Origin: Cyanophora paradoxa CCMP329
Lineage: Eukaryota; Plantae; Glaucophyta
DNA length: 64,000 nt
Direction: 5' to 3'
Assembly: GCA_004431415.1 (NCBI GenBank)
Contig: QPMI01000048.1
Coordinates: forward strand, 206,679-270,678
This document shows positions 48,660 through 64,000 of this stretch, piece by piece (within the stretch, counting starts at the first letter, position 1; each line of letters opens with the position of its first letter). The notes below the pieces were generated by a model that worked only from the letters and a program-made list of their open reading frames with translations, was not told the DNA's origin and made no database searches. Made by a program: the position numbers and the translations under genes.

Positions 48660-49110
48660 TACGTGCCAGCCGCGGACGGGATGGACTGGGTCCTCAGCAG
48701 CGGCGTGCCGAGCGCAACAAGAGCACCGCGGCACTCGGCCCAGCCGGCGTGCTCGGCTGCGGGCAGTCGAGCAGCAGTTCTGCGGTATGAACTCGATGTC
48801 GGCAGCGTGCTGAGCGCAGCAAGAGAGTACAGTCTGCACGCCCCGGCGGCCGGCCAAGCTCGGCTGCGATCAGCGGCGCAGCTTGGCAGCGGCGCAAGCG
48901 GTTTTGCGGTGCAAACTCAATCTTGGCTGCGCATCCACGCGCAGCACGCGTACGACTGCGCGCGCGCCCGGCCCGGCCGGCGTACTCGGCTGCGGGCACG
49001 CGCACGCGGTTCTGCGGTATATACGTATCAGCTCGATGCATATGTCGGCCGCGTGCTGAGCGGGCGTGCCGCAGTGCTCGGCTGCGATCAGCGGCGTATA
49101 CGTATACGTA
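48660..49110 (-). pseudogene. Decayed LRR-like repeat relic
   Basis: Degenerate internal repeats (GCTCGGCTGCG, GTTCTGCGGTAT, GTGCTGAGCG). The fragments LLLDCPQPST and VALGTPLLRT resemble Cys-LRRs in broken frames. Confidence 0.3.
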
Positions 49111-50409
49111 GCTAGGCAACGTTAACAGCGCAAGCGGACCGTGCGGCGTACGCGGCGCAGTGCGAGGAAGGGGAATTTTTAAAACTAGAGGAGACAGCTA
49201 AGGAGAAGTGGTTGCTATGATGCAGCGCCGCGCCGCGCGAGGGAGAAGCCCGGAGAGCCCAGATCTATACAGTATACGTAGAACAAGCTAGAGGAGTGCA
49301 CGTGAGACAGAAGCTGGTTTTCCCCTCGAAAACCACTTTTTCCCCTCGAGTTTGACGCTCCAAAGTCGAGGGCTGACCGGTTCACCCAGCCAATCGGAAC
49401 GCGAATAAAGCACCATTTTTTTCTGGTGTTGCATACTGGACCTCGCAAACGGCCTCATAGAAAACTTTTGGCTGAAGCGAGGGAACGGGAAGCAAGGGGG
49501 GAAGACCTTCGGTCTTCTTTCCCCCCTTGCAATAATAGCTAATTGTAACAGTTCCGATCTAAAGCTAGCCAAAGATCTTAACTTAGTAACGAAGCTCAAG
49601 ATCTGAGAGTCTAGATCGAAGTCGGCGCGGCCGACGCGACGCGCGCGTATGCATATGGCGCTGACGTCGACGCTGCGCGTTTCTCGATTGAAGTTCAGCT
49701 GCAGATCTACGTATACATGCTTCGCTATTGCTATGTCCGACGGTCATGATATCGATCATCAGTAAATGGGGGGGTGCGGGGGGCTTGCCCCCTGCTTGTA
49801 TATTACTGAAGTTAGCCGCTGAGCGAATGCTTCACGCTTCTAAAAAAAATCAAAACTGCAGGCGCGCCTCGACGGCGCCGGCGAGGCCGGGCGAGCTCGA
49901 TCGCGAGTCGCGATCGTCAGCGAGTCGTCAGCGAGTCGATGGCGAGTGGACGCATGCGCACGAAGCGTAAGAAAAAATAATCAAGCTGTGACGCACGAAG
50001 CCAGCGTCGACGTCACGAAGCCGGCAATTGCAGGAAATTACGAGATACACTAGTGGGCCCCCCCATTTCCAATAGCTCGGAATCAGATAGTCTTACGGTC
50101 TCTGGACACAGAACTTCCCAAATTCTCCATACTGGAAACTTCGTAGGTCTGGGAACTAATGATCAAGTGAAACGTTAAGTTGTGTAGCCCATGGAGATCC
50201 CAAATCAGGAGTCCCGAGAGCAACGGCAATTGTTCAGATAGCAATAGCAATTGTTCCGACGACAAAGAGAGAGTTCCAGAGAAGCTAAAAATAGCAGGCT
50301 CGCGCACCCGGGCGCCCGCGCCCCGCCCCGTGCACCCTGCCCTGCAGCGCCGGGGTTGCCATGCATGAATACTGCAATTGCAACACAGCGCCGCCCTAGC
50401 GGCCGCACA

Positions 50410-51710
50410 CTATCTAGAGCTAGCACTGCGGAGGAGGGAAAGGAGGGCCTTGGGCCAGAAGACCACTCGGCCTTCCAGCCCACTGAAAGTAGTGAGCTCT
50501 TCGTTGCCAGGCAACTCCGTGATATCCTCGGGGATCTGCACGCTAGACGTGAATGAACTGAATAAACCTCGAGGGGAGTGACAGAGCTACCTTTCTGCCC
50601 AGCACGTCCTCGTCAGCTTTGCCTTCGGCAAGCACAACCAACTTGACGACGTCCGAGGGCTCCTCAGCTTCGCCCAACTGAAATGGAGTCAGTATGTGGC
50701 CCAACTGAAGAGGGGTACGGCGTTTAGCTATGAAGCTAGCGCCCCGACGCGGCCCGCGCGAGGGGGGTACGCCCTCACCAGCGCCTTCGGACCAAGGGAC
50801 CCCAGCTACCGGGGGGTACCTTGTCCGAAGACGCCGGCGAAGGCGTACCCCCACCGGGGGCCCGGAGGGGGCGGGTAAGTAGGGGCATCTAGAGCTAGTG
50901 CCCGATCGGGGCCCGCGCGAGGGGGGTACGCCCTCACCAGCGCCGTCGGACCAAGGGACCCCAGCTACCGGGGGTACCTTGTCCGAAGACGCCGGCGAAG
51001 GCGTACCCCACCGGGGGCCCGGAGGGGGCGGTAAGTAGGGGCATCTAGAGCTAGTGCCCGATCGGGGCCCGCGCGAGGGGGTACGCCCTCACCAGCGCCG
51101 TCGGACCAAGGGACCCAGCTACCGGGGGTACCTTGTCCGAAGACGCCGGCGAGGCGTACCCCCACCGGGGGCCCGGAGGGGGCGGAGCGGAGGCGGGGCG
51201 GGGTAGGGCATCTAGATATAGCTAGGAGGGTGTACTGCGGGGGCGACGTGGGGCGAGGGGGGGGGGGGAAGGGGAGGGGGGAGGTTCATCTTGCCGCACC
51301 TTGGGCACTAGAATGCCGATGCCGACGAAGAAGAACCCTTCGTCGACGACGTAGACGTCGATCTTGGCAACGAAGAGCCGCACCTTGAGCCCGTCCTTGA
51401 GGAAGGGCAAGATGTGAGTGAATTTCAAGTAGCCACAGGTTCCTGTGCGGAAGTCAGATTCAGATGGAGGGGGAAGCGTTAAGGTGAGGACCGCACCGTT
51501 TCGCACAGAGGAAGTCGGGTGCAGCAAGGGTCAAAGTCTGGGCGTCGGACCGCCGCGTGCGGGTTGCGTCCTCCTGCGGCGCTTCCGCGCGGGCTAAAAC
51601 TGCGTGTCAGACTCGTTGAGAAATAGGCGGGGCAGTACCTCGAGCTCCTTGAACACCGGCGCGGCTGTCGCCTCCGGAACCGCGGCCGCCGCCTCGCGCT
51701 TATCGCCCAT
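50410..51710 (-). CDS. Small spliced hypothetical protein, possibly a CACTA/En-Spm-associated domain (copy 1)
   Basis: Exons MGDKREAAA..|..FFFVGIGILVPK|LGEAEEPSDVVKLVV..|IPEDITELP..TFSGLEGRVVFWPKALL..*. The G..V.WP..L ending recalls Tnp1/En/Spm-like accessory domains (inference). Confidence 0.4.
50740..51215 (-). repeat. Three tandem ~157-159 bp units, each folding into a long hairpin, inside an intron (duplicate ~62772-63250)
   Basis: The unit spacing of CATCTAGAGCTAG is 156-159 bp. The arm GGGGTACGCCCTCACCAGCGCC.TCGGACCAAGG pairs with CCTTGTCCGAAGACGCCGGCGAAGGCGTACCCC. Confidence 0.85.
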
Positions 51711-53389
51711 GTCCTGCGCAACGAAGATCACTCTTCGAGCGCGGAGACCACGACGCTCACTCAAGCGAGCGGAGACCGCAGGGCTGGAGCGCTCACTCAA
51801 GCGAGCGGCCGGATGGACTCAACGGAACAGACGAGCGCACGTCCACCGACCGCTCCTGCGCAACATGTTCAGCGCAACGAGCACATAAAACGACCGCGGC
51901 GCCTCGCGAGGCAAGATTTACGCGAGGGTTGCCGGTCGAACCTTGCGAGACCGCGGAAAATGCCGCTCGGCGCTCGGCGAGGAAGCCGCCCGCTTCTAGG
52001 AGCGCTCTGGGAAGCAAAGAGCACATGAGCGCTCGGCAGCCCGCCGGGGACGGCCGTCGGACCTGGGCTGTTCAAAACCCGGCTGCAGCCGACTGCCGCG
52101 GCTTCCCTGCGCGAGAGCAAGGCACAGCAGCTCGCTAGAGTCCTAGACGCTGTTCAAGACGCTGCTCAAGCGCGAGTTAGTGCAGGTTGGCCGCTGTTTG
52201 AAGCTGCTGGCCGTTAGCGAGGATCTACGTATACCCGGACCAGCCGCCCCGGCTGCGAGCCGAGCTTAACGAGCCGTTAGCGTTTACCATGCAGAGGGCC
52301 GCAGCAGCTGTAGCGACTGTAGCAGCTGGGCCGCTGGGCGTGCTTCCAGACAACAGCGCTTGCGTCCAACAGCCTGCCGTCGACGTCAGCCTGCCGTCAG
52401 CCTGACCTACAGCTAGCCGACGGCCGACTGAAGCCGGACGTCGCCGCCGCCGGACGTCAATCGGACACCGCGGCCGGCCGCGTTGAGAGCCCGGCCACGT
52501 CCGCCGGGGCGGGCGTGCGAGACTGCACTGACCAATACGCAGATTGCACGCACTGCAGGAGTTTGCGCTACTGTCGCGCGTCGCTGGCTCGGCCACGCGC
52601 CTTTGAACTGACCCCACCACACAGATTCCACGACGCGCTGCCGTGCGTGCCAGTGCGCTTGCGCCCGTATCGCAGCATTTTGCTCTCTTCTTCATAGAAG
52701 TGCTAATACGGTGCATAGATATACGCCTGCTCGTCGTGGCCTTCGGGCGCTCGATTTGATCCGAGTCTGTCACGGACCCCACTGGAGAATCTCATGCGAG
52801 TGGACAGTTCAGGGCGCGCGCCGCTCTGTCTAGTGGCAGGATCTTGTATAATGTTTGAAAAGTGATTGTTTCGCTGTCTAGTATCGAGCCCAGGCCCTGC
52901 GCACACGCCACAGCACGGGCTCTCGAAGGGCTCGATGTTAGAGCAAGCCACCTGGCCGCATTCTCGCTGGACTCACTGAGTTAAATGAAAGTATAATGGA
53001 TGTTCATCATGCTGTCCGATTTGCATCCTGCGCGAACGTGCGGCACGTTCAATCTCGATCATGATCACTGATCATGAGTCAGTGTGATGTTGAGAAGTTG
53101 AAGTCGTACTTTCGGCTTGTCAACTTAAAAGTGATAGTGCGGCACTATGTCACCAGCACATCTCATATAATTATATGCTATAAACATCTCCCTTTCAATA
53201 AACTTAGTTATTTAAGCGTGAATCTTCTTCGAGGCTCTAGGATCCGGACACGAAGGGGGAAGGGGTGCATCTGATTCTGTTCTAGATCTGCAGTGCCACA
53301 GTGCGCATTCTCGCGCAGCCAGGCCATGAAGCAGTACGTCAGAGCAACCTATTTTGACACGCGTGGTAACTAGCCTTGAAGCCGCAGAG

Positions 53390-54496
53390 CCCCGCCCCGT
53401 GCGGCAAGTCCTGCCGCGGAGCTGTTGCCCGCCGCGCCGCCGCCCCGTCCTGCGACCCGCGCCGCCGTCCGCAAAGCGCCGCCGCGCCGCCGCCCGCCCG
53501 TCGAGCCGCGCCGCCCGCCGCGTCCCGCCCCGCCCGTCGAGCTGCGCCGCCGCCGACGAGTCTCCGCCCCGCCCGGCGAGCCCGCCGTCGCCCGCGGGCC
53601 GCCGCCCGCCGGCGAGCCGCGCCGCCGCCGCCGCGTCCCGCCCGCCGGCGTGCCGCGCCGCGCCCGCCGCGTCCGCACCCTACCCGTCGAGCTGCGCCGC
53701 CGTCCGACGAGTCTCCGCCCGCCCGGCGAGCCGCGCCGTCGCCCGCCGCGCCGCCGCCCGCCCGAAGAGCCGCCGCCGCGCCGCCGCGTCCCGCCCGCCC
53801 GGCGTACCGCGCCGCCGTCCGCCGCGCCCCCGCCCGGCCGTCGAGCGCGCCGCCGCCCGCCGAGTCTCCGCCCGCCCGGCGTGCGCGCCGCCGCCCCGCG
53901 CCCCGCCCCGCCCGTCGAGCGGGCCGCTGCCGCGGCGCCGCGTCCCCGCCCGCCGTCGAGCTGCGCCGCCGCCCGACGAGTCTCCGCCCCGCCGGCGAGC
54001 CGCGCCGGCACTCGCCAAGCCTCCGCCTCGTGCGGTGAGCCGCGCCGCCGCCGCCGAGCCCCCGCCCTGTACGGCAAGCCGCGCTCCGTGCGGTGAGCCG
54101 CGCCGCGCCCGCCGAGCCCCGGCGCCGTGCGGTGAGCCGGCCGCCGCCCGCCGAGCCCCGCCCTGTACGGCAGCCGCGCTCCGTGCGGTGAGCCGCGCCG
54201 CCGTCCGCCACGCCTCCTTCTCGCCCGACGAGCTGCGCCGCCATCCGCACGCCCTCCTTCTCGCCCGACGAGCTGCGCCGCCATCCGCACGCCTCCGTCT
54301 CGCCGCGAGCTGCGCCGCGCCCGCCGCACTTCCGCCCGTCCCGTGAGCCGCGTCGTCTGGCAGCCTGTGAGCTCTGCGAGCCTGTGGTCGATGGCGAGGC
54401 TAGTCTCTCCCTCGACACGCGCTCGAGCCGGACGCGCTCTACAAACGAAAGCTTGACCAGGAGCACCATCGCTAGCTCGCCCGGAAGCTCTTGCAT
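53390..54496 (-). pseudogene. F-box N-terminal relic followed by a degenerate GC-rich minisatellite
   Basis: MQELPGELAMVLLVKLSFVERVRLERVSR fits the F-box pattern. The downstream ~0.9 kb is built from GTCGAGCTGCGCCGCC / GACGAGTCTCCGCCC / GTGAGCCGCGCC units. Confidence 0.5.
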
Positions 54497-56098
54497 TCAA
54501 TGCGGGCCGCGGGCGCTCGACGAGGATGGCTCCCGATCGGTGGCCGCCTCGGCCGCCGGCGCCGTGCACGTCGGCCCCCGCCTCCCCATCCGCATCCCCC
54601 TCAAGGCCGGCGTCGCCCCCCTCGCCCTCCTCCGCGCCTCCCTGGTCCGCCCCCCCGCCCCCTCCAGTCGCCCCCGCTTCGCCTGACCGCGCCGGCCCCG
54701 CCCCGCCCGCCCGCTCGGCCAGCAGCGGGACCGGAGCCGCCTGCGCGCGAGGCCGGCGTCCACTCATCCGCTTCGCCCTCGTCCCCGCCGCCCCTCCGCC
54801 GTCCGCCGCCGCCCCGCCGCCTCCGCCCCCGGCCCGTGCGCCCCGGCCCTCTGCGCGCCTCGCCTACCCTCGCCTGAGCAGGGCGCCCAGGAGGTGGAGG
54901 CGGCGGCGGTATCGGTGCGGGTGGTGCCGGCGGCGGAGCGGGCGGAGCGCGTCGTCCTGCGCCTCCCGCCGGGCGCCCTCGCCTGCGAGGCCGGCGCCAC
55001 GCTCCCCGACATCCCTGTGAGCCGCCCCGGCCCCTGCCCTCCACGCCCCGCCCCCTTCCCTCCACGCCCCCCCCGTACTCTTCGCCCCCCCACGGTCCCC
55101 GCAGGCGGAGGTGCTCTCGGAGACGGGGGCCCCTCTGCGGCTCCCCGACGAGGCGCCCCGCCCCTGCCCCCATCCGCGTCTCCGCCCCGCCCCTGAGGGC
55201 CGCGCAGGTGCCCGGGGAGGCGCCAGGGTACGTGTTCCGGGAGGTGCCGGCCCTGCGGGAGGCGATTCGGCCTCGCCGCGAGCGGCGCGCCAGACGCCTC
55301 CGTCGCCCCCGCCGCCTGCGACCTCACCGTCCGCCCCGGTCCGCGCGCCCCTCCCCCCGCCCCTCCTGCTCGGCCCGAGAGCCGAGGCCGCCTGCAGGGG
55401 CGCCGCACGCGCTGCGGGTGGCGGCGGAGGGCGGGCGACGGGGCTGCAGCTGGGGACGGGCGCCGCGCTCCCAAGCCTCGCCCTCGAGCTCCTCGACCGC
55501 TTCGAGAACCCCGCACCGGCGCCACCCGCCCCGCCCCTCCGCCTCGCCTGCTTTGTCTCCGCCTCGGCGGCCGTGCCGCGGACCGGAGGGCCCGGCGTCC
55601 CAGTGGCGGCGGCGGCGGGGCCGGTGGCGTGGCCGGCGGGGCACGCGAGCGTCGTGCTGTCCGGCCTCACCATCGGCGACGGGTGCTTCCCTGCTCCTGT
55701 TCCCCCGCCCCCCGCCCGGCCCCCTCACACTGGGACCCCTGCAGCCCAGCGGACGTACGTGCTGAGCGTCTCCGTGGAGAGCCTCCCAGCGTCGCCCCGG
55801 CCGCCATCCACCTCGACTTCACCAACGGTGCCCGCATCCCCCACCCGTGCCCTCGCCGCTCTCGCCGGGCGACGCGGGGCGGAAACCGAGTCGGAGCGGC
55901 CGCCCCAGGCTCAGCGGGCGGAGCGGAGGCGGCGCGAGGCCGCCGCGCGCTACGCCGACCAGCGCCTCCGCGCCCAACCGGTGCATCTTCCTCCTCCGTC
56001 CGGCGCGGCGGCTCGGCTCGGGGCAGGGAGCTCGCCGAGAAGAGGAAGGAGGCGGGGGAGGCGGCGGCGGTGACGAAGGCGCGCCGGCTCGATCCTCC

Positions 56099-56145
<47 letters not shown>

Positions 56146-56296
56146 TTCCTCCCACCATTCCCTCTTTGTAGCCCCGGCACTCCTTATCGCACTGCGTAGC
56201 CAGCCTCTTTAATGGCCCAAGGCCTCCGCCAGGATGACTGAATCCGGAATTGCGATTGCTCAAAACGAGGTGATTGATGTGAACGTTACTCTAGAT

Positions 56297-58360
<2,064 letters not shown>

Positions 58361-61300
58361 GATTGACAGCGAGTCTGTGAAAAGATCAGCGACTGCAGCT
58401 GGCGTCCCGTCCCGGAGTCCGAAGTTGGCAGTTAGCACAACTTAGCAGCACGTCGAGGTGCACGCACGTGTGCGCACTTATGGTCACCTCGACCAACTTT
58501 GGCAAGCACTGCGGCAGCGCACCTTGATTTGCGACACCGACACCGATATCGATTTGCGACACCGACACCGACAGTGGAAGCTTACTAGTTACCGTACGGC
58601 CGGCCTCGGGTTACCGACTTATCGTTCGGTACGCTACGAGTTATGGGCCTTAGGCGCAGTTTCCGCCATACATGTACAAGCGTTTTCCGAGTCAAGTCTT
58701 TTTTTTGTGAATTACCGGCCACAGTCTCTAGACCATCACGCCTTCGAATCCCGCCCGTTCCACATAATTCCGATCGATCATGCCCATGGCGGCCCCACGG
58801 ATCGAAAAAAAAGTGTTTGTGAAATTTTATTATTCCAGAAGCACCCTGAAAACTTTCAGTAAACTTTCGAAAACTTTCTCGTCTCGTCTCGTCTTCTGGC
58901 GTGTTTGACCCTCCAATTTGGCGTGATCATGAAACACCCGGTTACACCCCCCAAAAAGCAGCTTCAACGGTACCCCCTTGCAAATATTGAAAGTTTTCAG
59001 TGCTCTTTTTGGCAGTGAAAGTTTTCTGAAAATTAATATGTAAATTTTCATTTTGCAATTGCGAAGTGAAAATTTTAAATTCACTGCTCTAGACACCAGC
59101 CTGGCACAGGCTGGCAGCACTCCGGCCGCGGGGGCTGCCAAGAGTCAAGTGGATTGACTAAAACTCGGCCGAGTTTTTGCACTGGGAACACCTTCCAAGT
59201 CAAATAGTACAGCGCTGGGACCGTCGCGATCGAGGTCCCCGTACTACGGTACTACTAGGCTAAAAAGCTGCTGTTGGCACGCTACGAGTTATGGGCCTTA
59301 GGCCAGTTTCCGCCATACAAACTTTTTCCGAGTCAAGTCGATGACTAAAACTCGGCCGAGTTTAGACTGGGAACACCTTTTGACTCAAATAGTACTGCGC
59401 TGGACCGTCGAGGTCCCCGTACTAATTCGACTTGAAAAATGCCAGTGTTTTCCGATTGGGCACGTGCCGGTATATTTCACATGCTATATAAAAGCTGCTG
59501 TTGGCAGTTACTGCTAACTTACTAGCCGGCGGTTACTAGGACTGTACCAGGAGGCTACTAGAACCTACCCGGTAGCTAATTTACATAAGGGCAAGATCTG
59601 CCAGCCGCTTCAGGCCCCTGGAGTTTGGCCCCAGTTCGCCAGGAAACTCCGCCTAAGGCCCATAACTCGTAGCGGCAGTTACTAGGCGGCAGTTACTAGG
59701 ACTGTTCGTACCAGGAGTCTACTGAACCCACCGGTACCCGGTACGTAGCTAATTACACATGGCAAGATCTGCCAGCCGCTTCGGCCGCTGTCACAGTGTC
59801 GGCGGTAACTGCGGGCCGCCAGTGGCCCGCAGTGGGCCGGGCGCCACTGCCGCCAGGCTCCAGGGAGTCCAGCTGCAGGGACTCCAGGCTCCAGCCCCGC
59901 CGGCGCCGGCGGTAGGGTTGCCACTTACGACTTACGGGACTTACTGGAGAGCTAGAAATATTTAGTGGGTTGCATATTTATAGTACTAAAAGTTTTGGGC
60001 GATCTACTAAATATTTCCCGCCTGCTAAAGCCGAGAATTTGTAGGGTAGCCCGTCTCCGCCATACAAAGCCCTGCGAAGACTGACCTACTAAAGATTTAC
60101 CAGCCGCTAAAGTGGGCAGTTTTGGCGAAGTACTAATTATTAAACGCCGTGACGGACGGGGGCCCGCAACGCGCGCGGTCACGGGGGAGGGGGAGGAGAA
60201 AACAGGGGGGTCCACTCGGCAGGGTACACTCAAGTAAGGGTACAGAATGGGGGAGCGTACACTCAAGTAACACTACAACTAGGGGGAGCGATTGGCGAGG
60301 AGACCGAAGCACTAAACACGAGCTAGTACGTCTCTAAATGCATATTGGATGCTCAGTCTCTCGCGGACGCGGTACAAGATTTTCCTAGATGTATGGTATA
60401 CAAACGGGAAGACGCGTACGAAGCCGAGGAAGATTATTCGAATTCTTTGTCCTGAAAACGTCCGGTCCGTCGACGTCGTTCTGCAGCTGGCAAACTGAGC
60501 AAGAATCGAAGGTTACTAGGGGCCCGGCCGCGTTTGGCGCTCCGGGGTGCAAGGGGGAATCGGGATCTAATGAAAGAGTAGTAGTGCACGAACATGTACG
60601 GGCAGATGTAGATTGATCCCGGCCCAGCGCGCGCGGCAGGTTGAAGTAGTAAAGATAGACACATATTATATAGACCGGCAGTACGTGCCAGCCGCGGACG
60701 GGATGGACTGGGTCCTCAGCAGCGGCGTGCCGAGCGCAACAAGAGCACCGCGGCACTCGGCCCAGCCGGCCGTGCTCGGCTGCGGGCAGTCGAGCAGCAG
60801 TTCTGCGGTATGAACTCGATGTCGGCAGCGTGCTGCAGCGCAGCAAGAGAGTACAGTCTGCACGCCCCGGCGGCCGGCCAAGCTCGGCTGCGATCAGCGG
60901 CGCAGCTTGGCAGCGGCGCAAGCGGTTTTGCGGTGCAAACTCAATCTTGGCTGCGCATCCACGCGCAGCACGCGTACGACTGCGCGCGCGCCCGGCCCGG
61001 CCGGCGTACTCGGCTGCGGGCACGCGCACGCGGTTCTGCGGTATATACGTATCAGCTCGATGCATATGTCGGCCGCGTGCTGAGCGGGCGTGCCGCAGTG
61101 CTCGGCTGCGATCAGCGGCGTATACGTATACGTAGCTAGGCAACGTTAACAGCGCAAGCGGACCGTGCGGCGTACGCGGCGCAGTGCGAGGAAGGGGAAT
61201 TTTTAAAACTAGAGGAGACAGCTAAGGAGAAGTGGTTGCTATGATGCAGCGCCGCGCCGCGCGAGGGAGAAGCCCGGAGAGCCCAGATCTATACAGTATA

Positions 61301-62441
61301 CGTAGAACAAGCTAGAGGAGTGCACGTGAGACAGAAGCTGGTTTTCCCCTCGAAAACCACTTTTTCCCCTCGAGTTTGACGCTCCAAAGTCGAGGGCTGA
61401 CCGGTTCACCCAGCCAATCGGAACGCGAATAAAGCACCATTTTTTTCTGGTGTTGCATACTGGACCTCGCAAACGGCCTCATAGAAAACTTTTGGCTGAA
61501 GCGAGGGAACGGGAAGCAAGGGGGGAAGACCTTCGGTCTTCTTTCCCCCCTTGCAATAATAGCTAATTGTAACAGTTCCGATCTAAAGCTAGCCAAAGAT
61601 CTTAACTTAGTAACGAAGCTCAAGATCTGAGAGTCTAGATCGAAGTCGGCGCGGCCGACGCGACGCGCGCGTATGCATATGGCGCTGACGTCGACGCTGC
61701 GCGTTTCTCGATTGAAGTTCAGCTGCAGATCTACGTATACATGCTTCGCTATTGCTATGTCCGACGGTCATGATATCGATCATCAGTAAATGGGGGGGTG
61801 CGGGGGGGCTTGCCCCCCTGCTTGTATATTACTGAAGTTAGCCGCTGAGCGAATGCTTCACGCTTCTAAAAAAAATCAAAACTGCAGGCGCGCCTCGACG
61901 GCGCCGGCGAGGCCGGGCGAGCTCGATCGCGAGTCGCGATCGTCAGCGAGTCGTCAGCGAGTCGATGGCGAGTGGACGCATGCGCACGAAGCGTAAGAAA
62001 AAATAATCAAGCTGTGACGCACGAAGCCAGCGTCGACGTCACGAAGCCGGCAATTGCAGGAAATTACGAGATACACTAGTGGGCCCCCCCCCATTTCCAA
62101 TAGCTCGGAATCAGATAGTCTTACGGTCTCTGGACACAGAACTTCCCAAATTCTCCATACTGGAAACTTCGTAGGTCTGGGAACTAATGATCAAGTGAAA
62201 CGTTAAGTTGTGTAGCCCATGGAGATCCCAAATCAGGAGTCCCGAGAGCAACGGCAATTGTTCAGATAGCAATAGCAATTGTTCCGACGACAAAGAGAAG
62301 AGTTCCCAGAGAAGCTAAAAATAGCAGGCTCGCGCACCCGGGCGCCCGCGCCCCCGCCCCGTGCACCCTGCCCTGCAGCGCCGGGGGTTGCCATGCATGA
62401 ATACTGCAATTGCAACACAGCGCCGCCCTAGCGGCCGCACA

Positions 62442-63746
62442 CTATCTAGAGCTAGCACTGCGGAGGAGGGAAAGGAGGGCCTTGGGCCAGAAGACCACTC
62501 GGCCTTCCAGCCCACTGAAAGTAGTGAGCTCTTCGTTGCCAGGCAACTCCGTGATATCCTCGGGGATCTGCACGCTAGACGTGAATGAACTGAATAAACC
62601 TCGAGGGGAGTGACAGAGCTACCTTTCTGCCCAGCACGTCCTCGTCAGCTTTGCCTTCGGCAAGCACAACCAACTTGACGACGTCCGAGGGCTCCTCAGC
62701 TTCGCCCAACTGAAATGGAGTCAGTATGTGGCCCAACTGAAGAGGGGTACGGCGTTTAGCTATGAAGCTAGCGCCCCGACGCGGCCGCGCGAGGGGGTAC
62801 GCCCTCACCAGCGCCTTCGGACAAGGGACCCCAGCTACCGGGGGGTACCTTGTCCGAAGACGCCGGCGAAGGCGTACCCCCACCGGGGGCCCGGAGGGGG
62901 CGGGTAAGTAGGGGCATCTAGAGCTAGTGCCCGATCGGGGCCCGCGCGAGGGGGGTACGCCCTCACCAGCGCCGTCGGACCAAGGGACCCCAGCTACCGG
63001 GGGGTACCTTGTCCGAAGACGCCGGCGAAGGCGTACCCCCACCGGGGGCCCGGAGGGGGCGGGTAAGTAGGGGCATCTAGAGCTAGTGCCCGATCGGGGC
63101 CCGCGCGAGGGGGGTACGCCCTCACCAGCGCCGTCGGACCAAGGGACCCCAGCTACCGGGGGGTACCTTGTCCGAAGACGCCGGCGAAGGCGTACCCCCA
63201 CCGGGGGCCCGGAGGGGGCGGAGCGGAGGCGGGGCGGGGTAGGGCATCTAGATATAGCTAGGAGGGTGTACTGCGGGGGGCGACGTGGGGCGGGGGGGGG
63301 GGGAGGGGGAGGGGGGAGGTTCATCTTGCCGCACCTTGGGCACTAGAATGCCGATGCCGACGAAGAAGAACCCTTCGTCGACGACGTAGACGTCGATCTT
63401 GGCAACGAAGAGCCGCACCTTGAGCCCGTCCTTGAGGAAGGGCAAGATGTGAGTGAATTTCAAGTAGCCCACAGGTTCCTGTGCGGAAGTCAGATTCAGA
63501 TGGAGGGGGAAGCGTTAAGGTGAGGACCGCACCGTTTCGCAACAGAGGAGTCGGGTGCAGCAAGGGTCAAAGTCTGGGCCGTCGGACCGCCGCGTGCGGG
63601 TTGCGTCCTCCTGCGGCGCTTCCGCGCGGCTAAAACTGCGTGTCAGACTCGTTGAGAAATAGGCGGGGGCAGTACCTCGAGCTCCTTGAACACCGGCGGG
63701 CTGTCGCCTCCGGAACCGCGGCCGCCGCCTCGCGCTTATCGCCCAT
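62442..63746 (-). CDS. Duplicate of the 50410-51710 gene
   Basis: Colinear copy within the 12.4 kb duplication. Confidence 0.35.
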
Positions 63747-64000
63747 GTCCTGCGCAACGAAGATCACTCTTCGAGCGCGGAGACCGACGCTCACTCAAGC
63801 GAGCGGAGACCGCAGGGCTGGAGCGCTCACTCAAGCGAGCGGCCGGATGGACTCAACGGAACAGACGAGCGCACGTCCACGACCGCTCCTGCGCACATGT
63901 TCAGCGCAACGAGCACATAAAACGACCGCGGCGCCTCGCGAGGCAAGATTACGCGAGGGTTGCCGGTCGAACCTTGCGAGACCGCGGAAAATGCCGCTCG

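Noticed and set aside
47883-49125. hAT element starting TAGGGTTGCCA
   Set aside because: Only a weak partner end near 49115 and no 8-bp TSD.
50740-51215. CRISPR-like array
   Set aside because: The units are identical over their whole length with no unique spacers, there are no cas genes, and the context is a eukaryotic intron.
53339-54767. Overlapping long ORFs on both strands
   Set aside because: They arise from a degenerate GC minisatellite. Only the first ~30 codons (F-box-like) look protein-derived.

Overview
This is GC-rich eukaryotic nuclear DNA with many short (~55-100 nt) spliceosomal introns (GTGCG/GTACC/GC donors, CTGAC/CTCAC-like branch points, CGCAG acceptors), so the six-frame ORF track mostly shows exon fragments and GC-rich noise. 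All gene models were spliced by eye. The style resembles a glaucophyte alga such as Cyanophora, but this is an unverified impression. The left half carries a small membrane-protein gene, a FkbM-family methyltransferase head-to-head with a ~10 kb cohesin SCC3/STAG gene, a secreted Ser-Pro-rich protein, a large helical protein with an RRM-like end, and a SLAC1/TehA (TDT) channel with a hemerythrin-like C-terminus. The right half is a plastic region with two tandem duplications (~4.2 kb and ~12.4 kb) whose copies differ mostly by 1-bp indels, so they may be long-read assembly artefacts. It contains an F-box/LRR gene divergent from an F-type lectin-domain gene, a second F-type lectin gene, an SMCHD1/GMI1-like fragment, F-box and LRR relics, a possible CACTA-associated gene with an intronic array of three long hairpins, and nested transposons. 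I found no rRNA, tRNA or CRISPR array. The best leads are the signal-less F-type lectin/F-box cluster, repeated duplication of splice sites around intron expansions, a TTGGCAG...poly(A) element with 8-9 bp target-site duplications (TSDs), frequent GC-AG introns, and the TDT channel with a degenerate hemerythrin-like domain.
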